Positions 1 to 8,752 of a DNA stretch of 64,000 bases are shown piece after piece; within the stretch, counting starts at the first letter, position 1; every line of letters starts with the position of its first letter. Below the pieces are notes generated by a model that saw nothing but the letters and a program-made list of their open reading frames with translations, had not been told where the DNA came from and ran no database searches. The stretch comes from Bacilli bacterium. GTDB taxonomy: Bacteria; Bacillota_I; Bacilli_A; RF39; UBA660. The translations under genes were made by a program, and so were the position numbers. Where the stretch lies: contig JAGBJG010000009.1 of the NCBI GenBank assembly GCA_017934595.1, forward strand, positions 839 through 64,838, read 5' to 3'.

Positions 1-40
1 CAGTGGGCAAGGGATAAATACCCCTTTGAACCCCATTTAA

Positions 41-87
41 GCGACAAAACTACAAACTAATCGTAAGTAGTAATGTCGCCTTTTTTA
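41..87 (+). terminator. Putative intrinsic terminator
   Basis: Stem GCGACA (41-46) pairs with TGTCGC (74-79) and is followed by a T6 run. It lies at the end of an open frame that enters from the left edge and stops at 58-60. Confidence 0.4.
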
Positions 88-179
88 TTGCAACTTACGT
101 TTTATAAAAAAGAAAGAATACTATCACCACTTTCATTTACTATCGTAAACAAAACGTGCCACGTATTCTTTATATAAAA

Positions 180-212
180 ATAACCTTAATACGATTAATG
201 TACTAAGGTTAT
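180..212 (-). terminator. Putative terminator for the repressor gene
   Basis: ATAACCTTA (180-188) pairs with TAAGGTTAT (204-212), flanked by an A-run and a T-run. The stop codon of 209..757 lies in the right arm. Confidence 0.35.
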
Positions 213-757
213 TTTCTTTTTGGAAATAATGCACTATCAAATGATGGATATTTTGATTTATCAAATTTTTCTAAATTTGGTCTAATCATAGGAATTATTT
301 CCTTTAATCTATCTAATATTTCATCATTAGATAATTCTCTTTTTTCTATCTTTGCTAATTCTAATTTATCAATTAAATCAGCAATACATCCTTTAACAGC
401 AAAATCTACTTTTCTTCTTTCTTCCAGATTATCTAAAGCATAAAAGTAAAATTGTTCATAACTTTGTATTTGTTTTTGATAATCTGCAGTAGATCTTTTA
501 ACAGATAAATCTTTACCCCAGTTTATATCTATATCATCATAACCAGCAAGTTTCATTAAATCTACCATACTTAAATCAAGTGTTTCTGCGATTCCTTTTA
601 AGTATAAAATATTTGGTTTTAATCTTTTACCAGCTTCAATACGAGATACTTCAGCACAATCCATATTTGATCTACGAGCAAGTTCTCTTTGTGAAATACC
701 TAGTTTTTCTCTTGTTTCACTTACTAATTTTCCTAATTCAGTAGTCTGTTTTTTCAT
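209..757 (-). CDS. XRE-family (HTH_3) phage-type repressor with a C-terminal helical extension
   Basis: The N-terminus LGISQRELARRSNMDCAEVSRIEAGKRLKPN is a typical Cro/C1 HTH. An RBS GAGGTGG precedes the ATG, and the gene is divergent from the next gene. Confidence 0.8.
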   Translation of the reverse strand: MKKQTTELGKLVSETREKLGISQRELARRSNMDCAEVSRIEAGKRLKPNILYLKGIAETLDLSMVDLMKLAGYDDIDINWGKDLSVKRSTADYQKQIQSYEQFYFYALDNLEERRKVDFAVKGCIADLIDKLELAKIEKRELSNDEILDRLKEIIPMIRPNLEKFDKSKYPSFDSALFPKRK

Positions 758-780
758 CTAATACCACCTCAACTGAAATA

Positions 781-888
781 AGTATAACATATAGTGATGT
801 AAAAATCAATACATTTTTGTAATTATGGTGTTGACAAACTCATTTTATGATGATATACTCAATATGAATTGATGTAAAACTCATCAAT
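781..888. promoter_or_regulatory. Back-to-back divergent sigma-A promoters with repeated operator-like motifs (genetic switch)
   Basis: Plus-strand promoter: TTGACA (831-836), 17 nt spacer, TATACT (854-859). Minus-strand promoter: TTGATT (810-805), 17 nt spacer, TATACT (786-781). The motif TGATGTAAAA[A/C]TCA occurs at 795-808 and 870-883, and the second copy lies within the inverted repeat ATTGATG-N7-CATCAAT (868-888). Confidence 0.6.
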
Positions 889-910
889 AAGAAAGGAGGA
901 ACAGAGATGA

Positions 911-1174
911 ATGAGGGTAAAGCACCTAGACATTTCAAACCATAAGATATGGAGAGATAAAAACATCAAACCCGAAGCAAAAGAAATATATGCTTATCTA
1001 TTTGCAGAGGGATTTGAAAGAACTATCTCACATATAAGTATTGGAAGAATACAAAGGGAGCTGAAAAGTATAACCAATATCGGATTTAGAAATAATCTAA
1101 AGATATTAGAAAAAAACAAATATCTAGTTTATAAAGAATACGATACAGGATTATATGAATATCACATTTACTAG
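911..1174 (+). CDS. Small hypothetical protein, probably a winged-HTH DNA-binding protein
   Basis: RBS AAAGGAGGA at 892-900. The segment ISIGRIQRELKSITNIGFRNNLKILEKNKYLV looks like a wHTH. A competing ATG at 907 gives only 12 codons. Confidence 0.5.
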   Translation: MRVKHLDISNHKIWRDKNIKPEAKEIYAYLFAEGFERTISHISIGRIQRELKSITNIGFRNNLKILEKNKYLVYKEYDTGLYEYHIY

Positions 1175-1387
1175 AACGATAGAATCACTAGTAAATATAG
1201 GTACAGTAAATGTTCGGAGATTTATGTTAGTACCTTTTCTATAAGATATATAGAATAAATCAAAATAATATCTTTAGGGGAAGATATAAAAAATCCCCTT
1301 TAGGATATTATTGCTCAAAATTGGGAATGGAAAAGCCCATATTTATTAGATAGGAGAACTATTATTATATTAGATTGTGAATTTATC

Positions 1388-1879
1388 ATGACTCCAAGAA
1401 TATTATTTAATGATAGGAATTTATCTAAAACAGATTGTAGTGTTTTAGGTCTTATCATTTCACTTACCTTAAAAAATGGATATTGTTATGCGAGTAATGA
1501 ATATTTAGCAGACTATGTAAAAGTATCAAAAAGAACAATTAGTGATTCATTGTCTAAAATAAAACGATTAAAATATATCATAGTAAAGTATGAAAATAAT
1601 AATCGTAGAATATATCTTAATACTGAAAAGATACCAACAAAAGTTGCGAACCAAGTAGCAAAAAATTGTGATGATATGGTAGCAGAAACTTGCGACCATA
1701 ATATAAATAATAAATATAAAAATGAATATAAAAAAATAAATAAATTTAAACGAGAGGGAATTGTACCTTATTGGATGGAACATCCTGAAGTGTGCAAATC
1801 AGATCCAATGACCGAAGAAGAATCTATAGAATTTGATAAACAGTTAGATGAAATACGAAATACAATAGATAAATTATAG
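1388..1879 (+). CDS. Hypothetical wHTH protein, possibly a replication-initiation/DnaD-like N-terminal domain
   Basis: GYCYASNEYLADYVKVSKRTISDSLSKIKRLKYI resembles the HTH of small phage or plasmid replication-organiser proteins. The C-terminus is Lys/Asn-rich. Confidence 0.45.
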   Translation: MTPRILFNDRNLSKTDCSVLGLIISLTLKNGYCYASNEYLADYVKVSKRTISDSLSKIKRLKYIIVKYENNNRRIYLNTEKIPTKVANQVAKNCDDMVAETCDHNINNKYKNEYKKINKFKREGIVPYWMEHPEVCKSDPMTEEESIEFDKQLDEIRNTIDKL

Positions 1880-1948
1880 AATGAAAGGAGAAGATGTCTA
1901 TGAAAGGAGTATTTAATTTATAATTAAAAAGATAGGGGGTAATAGAAA

Positions 1949-2092
1949 ATGGAGGTAGTATATAATGTAAAATATAAATTTAAGAACAATGAAAATAAAA
2001 CTAATGAAGAATTAAAAGAGTTATTTAATAGAAAATTGTTAAATATCATTATAAAGCTAGAAAATCAAAAATTAGGATTAAATAATTCGTAA
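1949..2092 (+). CDS. Unannotated 47-aa ORF (MEVVYNVKYKFKNNENKTNEELKELFNRKLLNIIIKLENQKLGLNNS)
   Basis: Translated by hand. An RBS AGGGGG lies about 9 nt upstream of the ATG, directly upstream of the recombinase gene. The ORF is below the size cut-off of the ORF track. Confidence 0.35.
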   Translation: MEVVYNVKYKFKNNENKTNEELKELFNRKLLNIIIKLENQKLGLNNS

Positions 2093-2159
2093 TAATGATA
2101 TATAATATACTTGTATTTAAAATTATTCGTAGTTGTTCCAATGTATTGGAGGAATGGCT

Positions 2160-3758
2160 ATGATAGAAAAGGTAGGTGTATATTGTAGATTATCTGATGA
2201 AGATAGAGATAAAATAAATAAAACTGATGATAGTGATAGTATAATAAATCAAAGAAGTATGTGTTTAAAATATGCTAGTCAAAATGGTTGGGATATTGTA
2301 GATATATATTCTGATGATGATTTCTCTGGAGCAGGAACTTATAGACCAGATTTTGAAAGACTTATAAATGATTGTAAAAATGGTAAGATTAATTTAGTCT
2401 TATGTAAATCACAATCTAGATTTTCAAGAGATATGGAAGTTATTGAAAGATACTTACATAATAAATTTATTGAATGGGGAGTTAGATTTGTAAGTATTAT
2501 TGATAATGCTGATACAAGTATTGAATCTAACAAGAAATCAAGACAAATAAATGGACTTATTAATGAATGGTATTTAGACGACTTATCTCAAAATATTAGA
2601 AAGTCTTTAAAGAATAAAAGAGAAGATGGTTTATTTATGGGTAGCTTTGCCTCATATGGTTATGATAGAGATGAAGATGGACATAAGTTAGTTGTAGATC
2701 CAGTAGCTGCAGAAGTAGTTAAAAAGATATTTAAAATGTATGCAGATGGATATGGTTATCATAGAATATGTGAATATCTAAACAATAATAATATTCCACC
2801 TAGATCTGTTTATAAAAAGCAAAAAGGTAGCAAATTTGTATGTTGTAATTGCGATTTAAAGACAGTTAGATGGAATCCTGATACAATTGCTCAAATGTTA
2901 AAAAATGAAGTTTATATTGGCAATTTAGTCCAAGGAAAAACTACTTATGTAAGTTATAAAAATCATAAACCTATGAAAGTACCTAAAAAAGATTGGATTA
3001 GAATTGAGAATGCACATGAACCAATTATAGATATGGAAACATGGAATAAAGTACAATCAATATTAGGAACACATTACAAGGTTACTAAAACAGGACAAAT
3101 AAACTATTTTACTAGAAAAGTATATTGTAGTTGCTGTGATAAAGCATTTATGAGAAATGTTTATAGTGTTAAAAGTGAAAAAACTGGTAAAAGAGCATAT
3201 TTACAATGTAAGGGTAATAAAAAGTTTCATATATGTCCTAACAATAAAGCAATTAGAATGGATAGTTTAGAGGAAATATTATTAAATGCTATTAATGATT
3301 TATTAGATAATTACTATGATAAGAATAATTTAAAAGAACTCTATGAAAACAGACAAGAACAAGATACAGATAATAATGATTCAATAAAAGCACTAATAAA
3401 AGAAAAAGAAGATTTGAATAAAAAAATAAGTAATAATAAAACTTATTATAGAAATCTTTTTGAGGAAAAAGTTAAAGGAGTTATTTCCGAAGATATGTTT
3501 CAGATGATGTCTAAAGATTATTTCAATGAAATAGAAAATATGATGAAAAGAATTGAAATAATAGATAAACAAATTGATGAGTTAAAAGTAGAAAAGAAAG
3601 AAAAGAAAAATGCTGATGACATATTAAAGAAATATAAGCATATAAAAGAACTTAATAAAATTGTATTAGATGAGTTTATTGATAAAGTATATATTGGAGA
3701 ATATGATAAAGTAAATAAAACAAGAGATATTGAAATAGAATGGAATTTTGAATTTTAG
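2160..3758 (+). CDS. Large serine recombinase (SpoIVCA/SprA/phiC31-type)
   Basis: It has a resolvase catalytic domain (VGVYCRLSDEDRD... LVLCKSQSRFSRD), a recombinase domain, a Cys-rich zinc ribbon (CSCCDKAF...LQCKGNKKFHICPNN) and a C-terminal coiled coil. The start was moved to the ATG at 2160, 7 nt after GGAGG. Confidence 0.9.
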   Translation: MIEKVGVYCRLSDEDRDKINKTDDSDSIINQRSMCLKYASQNGWDIVDIYSDDDFSGAGTYRPDFERLINDCKNGKINLVLCKSQSRFSRDMEVIERYLHNKFIEWGVRFVSIIDNADTSIESNKKSRQINGLINEWYLDDLSQNIRKSLKNKREDGLFMGSFASYGYDRDEDGHKLVVDPVAAEVVKKIFKMYADGYGYHRICEYLNNNNIPPRSVYKKQKGSKFVCCNCDLKTVRWNPDTIAQMLKNEVYIGNLVQGKTTYVSYKNHKPMKVPKKDWIRIENAHEPIIDMETWNKVQSILGTHYKVTKTGQINYFTRKVYCSCCDKAFMRNVYSVKSEKTGKRAYLQCKGNKKFHICPNNKAIRMDSLEEILLNAINDLLDNYYDKNNLKELYENRQEQDTDNNDSIKALIKEKEDLNKKISNNKTYYRNLFEEKVKGVISEDMFQMMSKDYFNEIENMMKRIEIIDKQIDELKVEKKEKKNADDILKKYKHIKELNKIVLDEFIDKVYIGEYDKVNKTRDIEIEWNFEF

Positions 3759-3769
3759 AAAGATAATAA

Positions 3770-4333
3770 ATTTGGACTTTTCCAATACCCCGACATGGTG
3801 GAGTAGATCCAGGAGCTTATTATGGAGGAATTAAAGAAGAAGATATAAATTTAGATATCGCTTTTAAATTAAGGGAAGAATTAGAAAAAGTTGGAGCAAC
3901 TGTATATTTGACAAGAGATGGTGACTACGATTTATCTAATAATGCCGTTGATAGAAAGAAAAATGACTTATATAAAAGAGTAAAATTAATTAACAATTCA
4001 GGATGTGATATGTATTTGTCCTTACATTTAAACGCGACTAAATCTAAATCTTGGCATGGAGCTCAAGTGTTTTATGATGATATAAATGATTCAAATATCA
4101 AACTAGCCGCGATATTACAAAAGCAATTGAAAGCTGATTTGAAGACTAATAGGAAGTACAAAGAAGTAACTAATGGGTATATATATCGTAGGGTAAAAAT
4201 ACCTGGCGTATTAGTCGAAATGGGATTTTTAAGTAATCCATATGAACGAGAAAAACTGAAAACGGCGAATTACCAATATTTAATAGCGCGCTCGCTTGTT
4301 AAGGGAATTAAAATTTATTTCGAAAGATATTGA
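3770..4333 (+). pseudogene. cwlD: 3' portion of a split N-acetylmuramoyl-L-alanine amidase gene (CwlD-type, Amidase_3); the 5' part is absent from this window
   Basis: The frame is open from 3770 and reads ...PRHGGVDPGAYYGGIKEEDINLDIAFKLREELEKVGATVYLTRDGDYDL...LSLHLNA...VEMGFLSN. There is no ATG/GTG/TTG in frame before the TTG at 3908, and no signal peptide or RBS. Confidence 0.75.
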
Positions 4334-4382
4334 AAAGTAATAGTAAAAATGGTAAAATATTATTATAAGGTGTGGTGGAAAT

Positions 4383-5786
4383 ATGAACGAGGAATATAGT
4401 AACTATTATGACCCAGAACAAAAACGTTCACCAATACTTAAAATTGTAGTTATCGCGATGATATTATTAATCGCTATATTGATAATCGCATTATTTACTA
4501 AAGCCTTCAAAAAAGGTCCGGATTTACACCCAGTTTTATCTAATATGGCTAATAGTTATATTACTAGTGATAAACTACCAAAAGAGGTTGGAGAATGTAA
4601 TACATATGCTTTAAAAGATATGATTGCAAATCAAGATAGTAAAACTAAAAAAGAGTTTGCTAAATGTAATGATCAAGAAACATATGTTAAGGTATGTAAA
4701 ATTGCTAATGATAATTATCAATATACTCCAGTGCTATCATGCAAAAAACAAAAAACTAAGTTTGGTGATTGGCAAACTGGAACACTTGATGACATAATCA
4801 AAAATAATTCTGATGTAGTAATTAGTTATGATGGTCAAGTTTTAGAAAATGGTAATAGAACATATTATCCAAATGACTTAACTGATTTATCAAAAGTATC
4901 AGAATACTATACATCATCTCCTAAAGAAGGATATGTGTATAAGGTAAATCCTCAAGAAGCATATAAATGGTATGTTGAGGGGGATGAAAAAGATTATTAC
5001 AATCATGGTGAGTATGTTGCTACAGCTCCAGATTTATATCCACTTAAAGAGGATGAAAAGACAAAAACATATTTTTCATTATCAAGGCCAAACAGTGCAT
5101 CTTATAGAACTATAGATAATACAGTATTGTATGCAACTGAGTATACATCATATCCATACAAATATGAATGCCAAGATCCTAAATATCAGGGTACAATTAC
5201 TTCTAATACATTATGTGAAAGAAGAAATACTGGAACATTTAATGTAACAGTAAAAATGTATTATACATGTGATGGAAAAAATGAAACTGCAAAAGATGTT
5301 TTATGTAAAGGAAGAAGTGATTGGTCAGAAACTTCATGTAAGAATAGTAATCAAACTATTGATGGTAAAACAAGTGATGGATATAATTACACTAGAAATT
5401 TATGGAATGGTCTAACATGTGTTGAGGCGAATGGATATAAAGTAGTTGATACTGTATCAAAATGGTATAGATTAGCTAAAGTGAATAAATATTATCCTAG
5501 TGATTCATCTAAAGAAACAGATGAAAAAACATATTATATATCAACACCAACACCTGGTGCTAGTAAAGATGAAAGTACTAAAACAACTGCATATCAATAT
5601 TTTAAATTGGTTCCAAATGATTCTACTGAACCTACATGGGTATCAATAGGAGATGCTAATATGAACAAAGAAGAACTTATAAATAGTTTTAAAGAATTAG
5701 GATATAAAGTTAATAATTTCGAAGAAATAGATAAAAATGAAAACACTAAATATCAAGTAGTTATCAAATATAGGAATAGAAAGTAA
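4383..5786 (+). CDS. Hypothetical type II membrane protein with a Cys/Tyr/Lys-rich extracytoplasmic domain
   Basis: A single N-terminal TM (ILKIVVIAMILLIAILIIALF) is followed by about 420 aa with many Cys residues. RBS GGTGTGGTGGA. No family was recognised. Confidence 0.6.
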   Translation: MNEEYSNYYDPEQKRSPILKIVVIAMILLIAILIIALFTKAFKKGPDLHPVLSNMANSYITSDKLPKEVGECNTYALKDMIANQDSKTKKEFAKCNDQETYVKVCKIANDNYQYTPVLSCKKQKTKFGDWQTGTLDDIIKNNSDVVISYDGQVLENGNRTYYPNDLTDLSKVSEYYTSSPKEGYVYKVNPQEAYKWYVEGDEKDYYNHGEYVATAPDLYPLKEDEKTKTYFSLSRPNSASYRTIDNTVLYATEYTSYPYKYECQDPKYQGTITSNTLCERRNTGTFNVTVKMYYTCDGKNETAKDVLCKGRSDWSETSCKNSNQTIDGKTSDGYNYTRNLWNGLTCVEANGYKVVDTVSKWYRLAKVNKYYPSDSSKETDEKTYYISTPTPGASKDESTKTTAYQYFKLVPNDSTEPTWVSIGDANMNKEELINSFKELGYKVNNFEEIDKNENTKYQVVIKYRNRK

Positions 5787-5798
5787 GGAAGTGTTAAA

Positions 5799-8432
5799 AT
5801 GAACGAAGACGTAATAAGAAATTTACAAGGACTTTTAGAAAATCTATCAAGAGATTCTGAATCTACAAGTTTAAAAAACGAAATCGAAGAATTAGAAAAC
5901 AGATTATCTAACATAGATTATTATAAAACTCCAAATAAAGCTGATGGTACACCAGCGCAAACAGGTGATTTTGGAAGGGAATATAGAAATTATAGTTCAC
6001 ATATTAATTCTGTTAATGAATCACTTAATAATTTAGTTAATAATAAGATTGCTGAAATAACTGCTAGACAATCAGATTTAGATCAGACTGTAGAACAAGC
6101 TCAATTGACTAATGATACAGCTACTATAGATGAAGCTAGTAGAGCTGCTGCAGAAAATCGTGCTGTATTAAATAATTTAACTGAACTTGCAAATAGACAA
6201 ACAAGTTTAGCGGAAGGTTTAGAACAAGCACAATTAACTAATGATAATGCTTTAATAGAAGAAGCTAATCGTGCGTTAGAAGAAAATCAAAGATTATTAG
6301 ATGAAACTATGTTAAGCTTTGAAGATTCAGCCGATAAAGATGAATATCAAAGATTAGTTGATGATAGAGCAGAAGAAATTAGAGAACATGAAGAATTCTT
6401 AGCTAGAGCCAAAGCATTACAAGCTAAAGATGAAAATGGTAATGTATATTTAGATAAGAATGGTAATCCAGTTGTTAATGTTAACTTATATAACATGATA
6501 AGCGATGAAAAGAAACTTGCAAAAGCAAAAGAAGAATACGCTAAAACAAATTTAGGAATGCTAGAAAATATAATGAATTCAATGGGCGCTAATACTAATG
6601 ATTATCAAACAGATACTTCAGTTGAGACATCTACTGAAGAACAAGAAACTTCAGTAGAAGATGCACCAACAACTTCTAATAATGATCAAGAGCTTATTGC
6701 TAAATATAATCAAATGATGTTAAATGGTGAATATTTCATGGATAATACAGGAACTATTGTATTAGGAACATCACTTATAAAAGATGGTGATTCTGGAATA
6801 TATACATGGAATAATGATATGGGACTTGCGAATTATCAAACTCTACTAGCAAATCTTACTCCTTATGGAAAAACTGCTAGCATAGATGAACTTGAAAATT
6901 TATGTTCTGAAGAAACATTAGATCCAGAAATTAAGGCTTCATTACAAGCTATTATATATGATAAGAAACATGATTATTATTTCGAACATCCTGAATATGG
7001 TAAAGTAATTCCAGTATCAGATAAAGTAAAAGAAGATGGTACTGTTGATGTACAAACACATGGAGGTGAAATAGTATCAGTTAAATTATCTGAACTTATA
7101 TCTTCTGATGTATTAGTTGATAAAGAAGAAAATAAAGAAATCAATGATGCGATAGTTGATATTCCTCAAGTTGATCCAAAGATAGCTGAAGAAAGAAGAG
7201 CTAACTTAGATAGAATATTTAATGATTATACTATGAATGGTTCAGCATTAGATAATTTAGAAAAAAATGGTATTTATAGAGCAACTACTCCAGTAGAAGA
7301 AACTGATGATAAAATAATAGAAATGCCAACTAAAGAAAATGAAGAAACTGTAATTGCAGCAGTTGCTGCAAATGATGTAGATACAGATATCCCATCAACA
7401 GCAGAAGAAATTAAAGACGATAAGGAAAGCGAGGAAAAAGATATGGCAAAGGGTAAAAGAGAAAATAATGTAAATTACACTGAAGCAACTCCTGAACAAA
7501 AGAAAAAGGCTAAAGAAAAATTAGGAAAATTAAAAGCAATTGGTTATGCTCTAGTTGGAATAATTGCGGCAGCTGGAACATATTTCGGTGTAAGTAAATT
7601 ACTTGATGGAACTGAACAAGAAAAGACATCTATTGAAACTGATTATGAAAATAAATTAGAAGATGAAGTAGAAGATGTAATTGAAGATGCAGAAAAAACA
7701 ATTGGTGATTTAGATCATCATAATAAGAGTGATGGAGATTTCACTAAACCAGAACACACAGTTACTAATACAAACCCAGCTCCAGCACCTGCACCTGTTG
7801 AACCAATTATAGGATTACCTGCTGAATCAGTTGATCCAAACTTGCTTAACTTATATCCTGCATTCGGTAATGTAACAAATCCATATACAGGTCAACCAGT
7901 AGCTCCAGTTTCAGTTGAAGAACATCAAACTTCTACAGACCCAACACCAGAGCAAATCGCAGCTGCTCAAGCAGATATAGCAAATGGTGTAAATGTAGGA
8001 GATGTACTTGCTGGAACAGGACAAACAGTATTAAGTCAAACTACAACAATATCTGGTGGCGAATATACAGGTACTACTGAAACTGTAGTTCAAGATAATC
8101 CTGTTACTCCAAATAATGTGGCAGTTACAGATGTAGTTAATACTCCATCAACAGAAACAGTTCAACAACCAGCTAATGATGTGGTTAATACAGATACTAA
8201 TGTAACTACTATAGATATTAATCCTGGTGATACAAGTTATTCATGGACTGATTCAACTGGAGAAACTCATGTTGAAGAAATTCCTGCCGGAGCCACAGAA
8301 GTTCAAGTTGAAGAAAGAACAGAAGAAGTTCTTCCTGCAGAATTATCTGGACTATCTCAAGATGAATTAGCTGCAATCGCAAGTTATCAAGATGAAGCTA
8401 ACTCATTAGAAGAAGGCGGAAGAAGTTTATAA
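5799..8432 (+). CDS. Large hypothetical bitopic membrane protein: coiled-coil N-terminal region, one TM, and a Pro/Thr/Val-rich C-terminal region
   Basis: It starts 12 nt after the previous gene. There is an internal duplicated segment, EQAQLTND-x-A-x-I-[DE]EA-x-RA. The TM is AIGYALVGIIAAAGTYFGV, followed by PAPAPAPVEP and T/V/N-rich sequence. Confidence 0.6.
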   Translation: MNEDVIRNLQGLLENLSRDSESTSLKNEIEELENRLSNIDYYKTPNKADGTPAQTGDFGREYRNYSSHINSVNESLNNLVNNKIAEITARQSDLDQTVEQAQLTNDTATIDEASRAAAENRAVLNNLTELANRQTSLAEGLEQAQLTNDNALIEEANRALEENQRLLDETMLSFEDSADKDEYQRLVDDRAEEIREHEEFLARAKALQAKDENGNVYLDKNGNPVVNVNLYNMISDEKKLAKAKEEYAKTNLGMLENIMNSMGANTNDYQTDTSVETSTEEQETSVEDAPTTSNNDQELIAKYNQMMLNGEYFMDNTGTIVLGTSLIKDGDSGIYTWNNDMGLANYQTLLANLTPYGKTASIDELENLCSEETLDPEIKASLQAIIYDKKHDYYFEHPEYGKVIPVSDKVKEDGTVDVQTHGGEIVSVKLSELISSDVLVDKEENKEINDAIVDIPQVDPKIAEERRANLDRIFNDYTMNGSALDNLEKNGIYRATTPVEETDDKIIEMPTKENEETVIAAVAANDVDTDIPSTAEEIKDDKESEEKDMAKGKRENNVNYTEATPEQKKKAKEKLGKLKAIGYALVGIIAAAGTYFGVSKLLDGTEQEKTSIETDYENKLEDEVEDVIEDAEKTIGDLDHHNKSDGDFTKPEHTVTNTNPAPAPAPVEPIIGLPAESVDPNLLNLYPAFGNVTNPYTGQPVAPVSVEEHQTSTDPTPEQIAAAQADIANGVNVGDVLAGTGQTVLSQTTTISGGEYTGTTETVVQDNPVTPNNVAVTDVVNTPSTETVQQPANDVVNTDTNVTTIDINPGDTSYSWTDSTGETHVEEIPAGATEVQVEERTEEVLPAELSGLSQDELAAIASYQDEANSLEEGGRSL

Positions 8433-8455
8433 TATAATTAGATAGGAGAATAAAA

Positions 8456-8707
8456 ATGGAAAATAGAATTAATCAAATAATTACTACTGATAACGGTAAT
8501 AAATATATGATCTTACACCAAGCTATATATGAAGGTCAAAACTACTTTGTATGTTGTGGTGTAGAAGCCGATGATGATTTAAATGATAACTTCTATCTAT
8601 TCAAAGAAGTAAAAGGAAATACTACTTCAATCGAATTAGTAGAAGATGAGGCTATGGCTAAATTTATACTAGAACATTTAGATTTAATAGAGAAAGATGA
8701 AAAGTAA
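8456..8707 (+). CDS. Small acidic protein, DUF1292-like
   Basis: RBS AGGAGAA. The pattern I-T-D-NGN-Y-I......EG-NY-V.......D....F-L-K......L-VEDE matches the general shape of DUF1292 proteins, judged by eye only. Confidence 0.35.
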   Translation: MENRINQIITTDNGNKYMILHQAIYEGQNYFVCCGVEADDDLNDNFYLFKEVKGNTTSIELVEDEAMAKFILEHLDLIEKDEK

Positions 8708-8752
8708 TTCATCTTTTTTTTATATTATGCTATAATTAATATAGGTGATGAT

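Larger units (their letters stand above)
1..3790. mobile_element. Right end of an integrated prophage-like / skin-like intervening element, cut by the window edge. The junction with host DNA lies between 3759 and about 3793.
   Basis: It carries a repressor with a divergent-promoter switch, two small wHTH proteins and a large serine recombinase. The recombinase stop (3758) is 11 nt from an open frame encoding the interior of an amidase gene that has no start codon. Confidence 0.6.

Noticed and set aside
1-60. An open reading frame enters from the left edge and stops at 58-60 (QWARDKYPFEPHLSDKTTN*).
   Set aside because: Only 19 codons are visible, with no recognisable motif. That is too short to call as a gene. 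I note only the terminator-like hairpin after it.
907-945. An alternative ATG at 907 is better spaced from the RBS than the tracked start at 911.
   Set aside because: That frame terminates after 12 codons. The 911 frame gives an 87-aa wHTH-like product, so it was kept.
1568-2533. Antisense ORFs 1568..1783 and 2339..2533 lie inside the wHTH gene and the recombinase gene.
   Set aside because: They are low-complexity Ile/Phe/Leu-rich translations of the opposite strand of AT-rich coding sequence, with no RBS. They are typical shadow ORFs.
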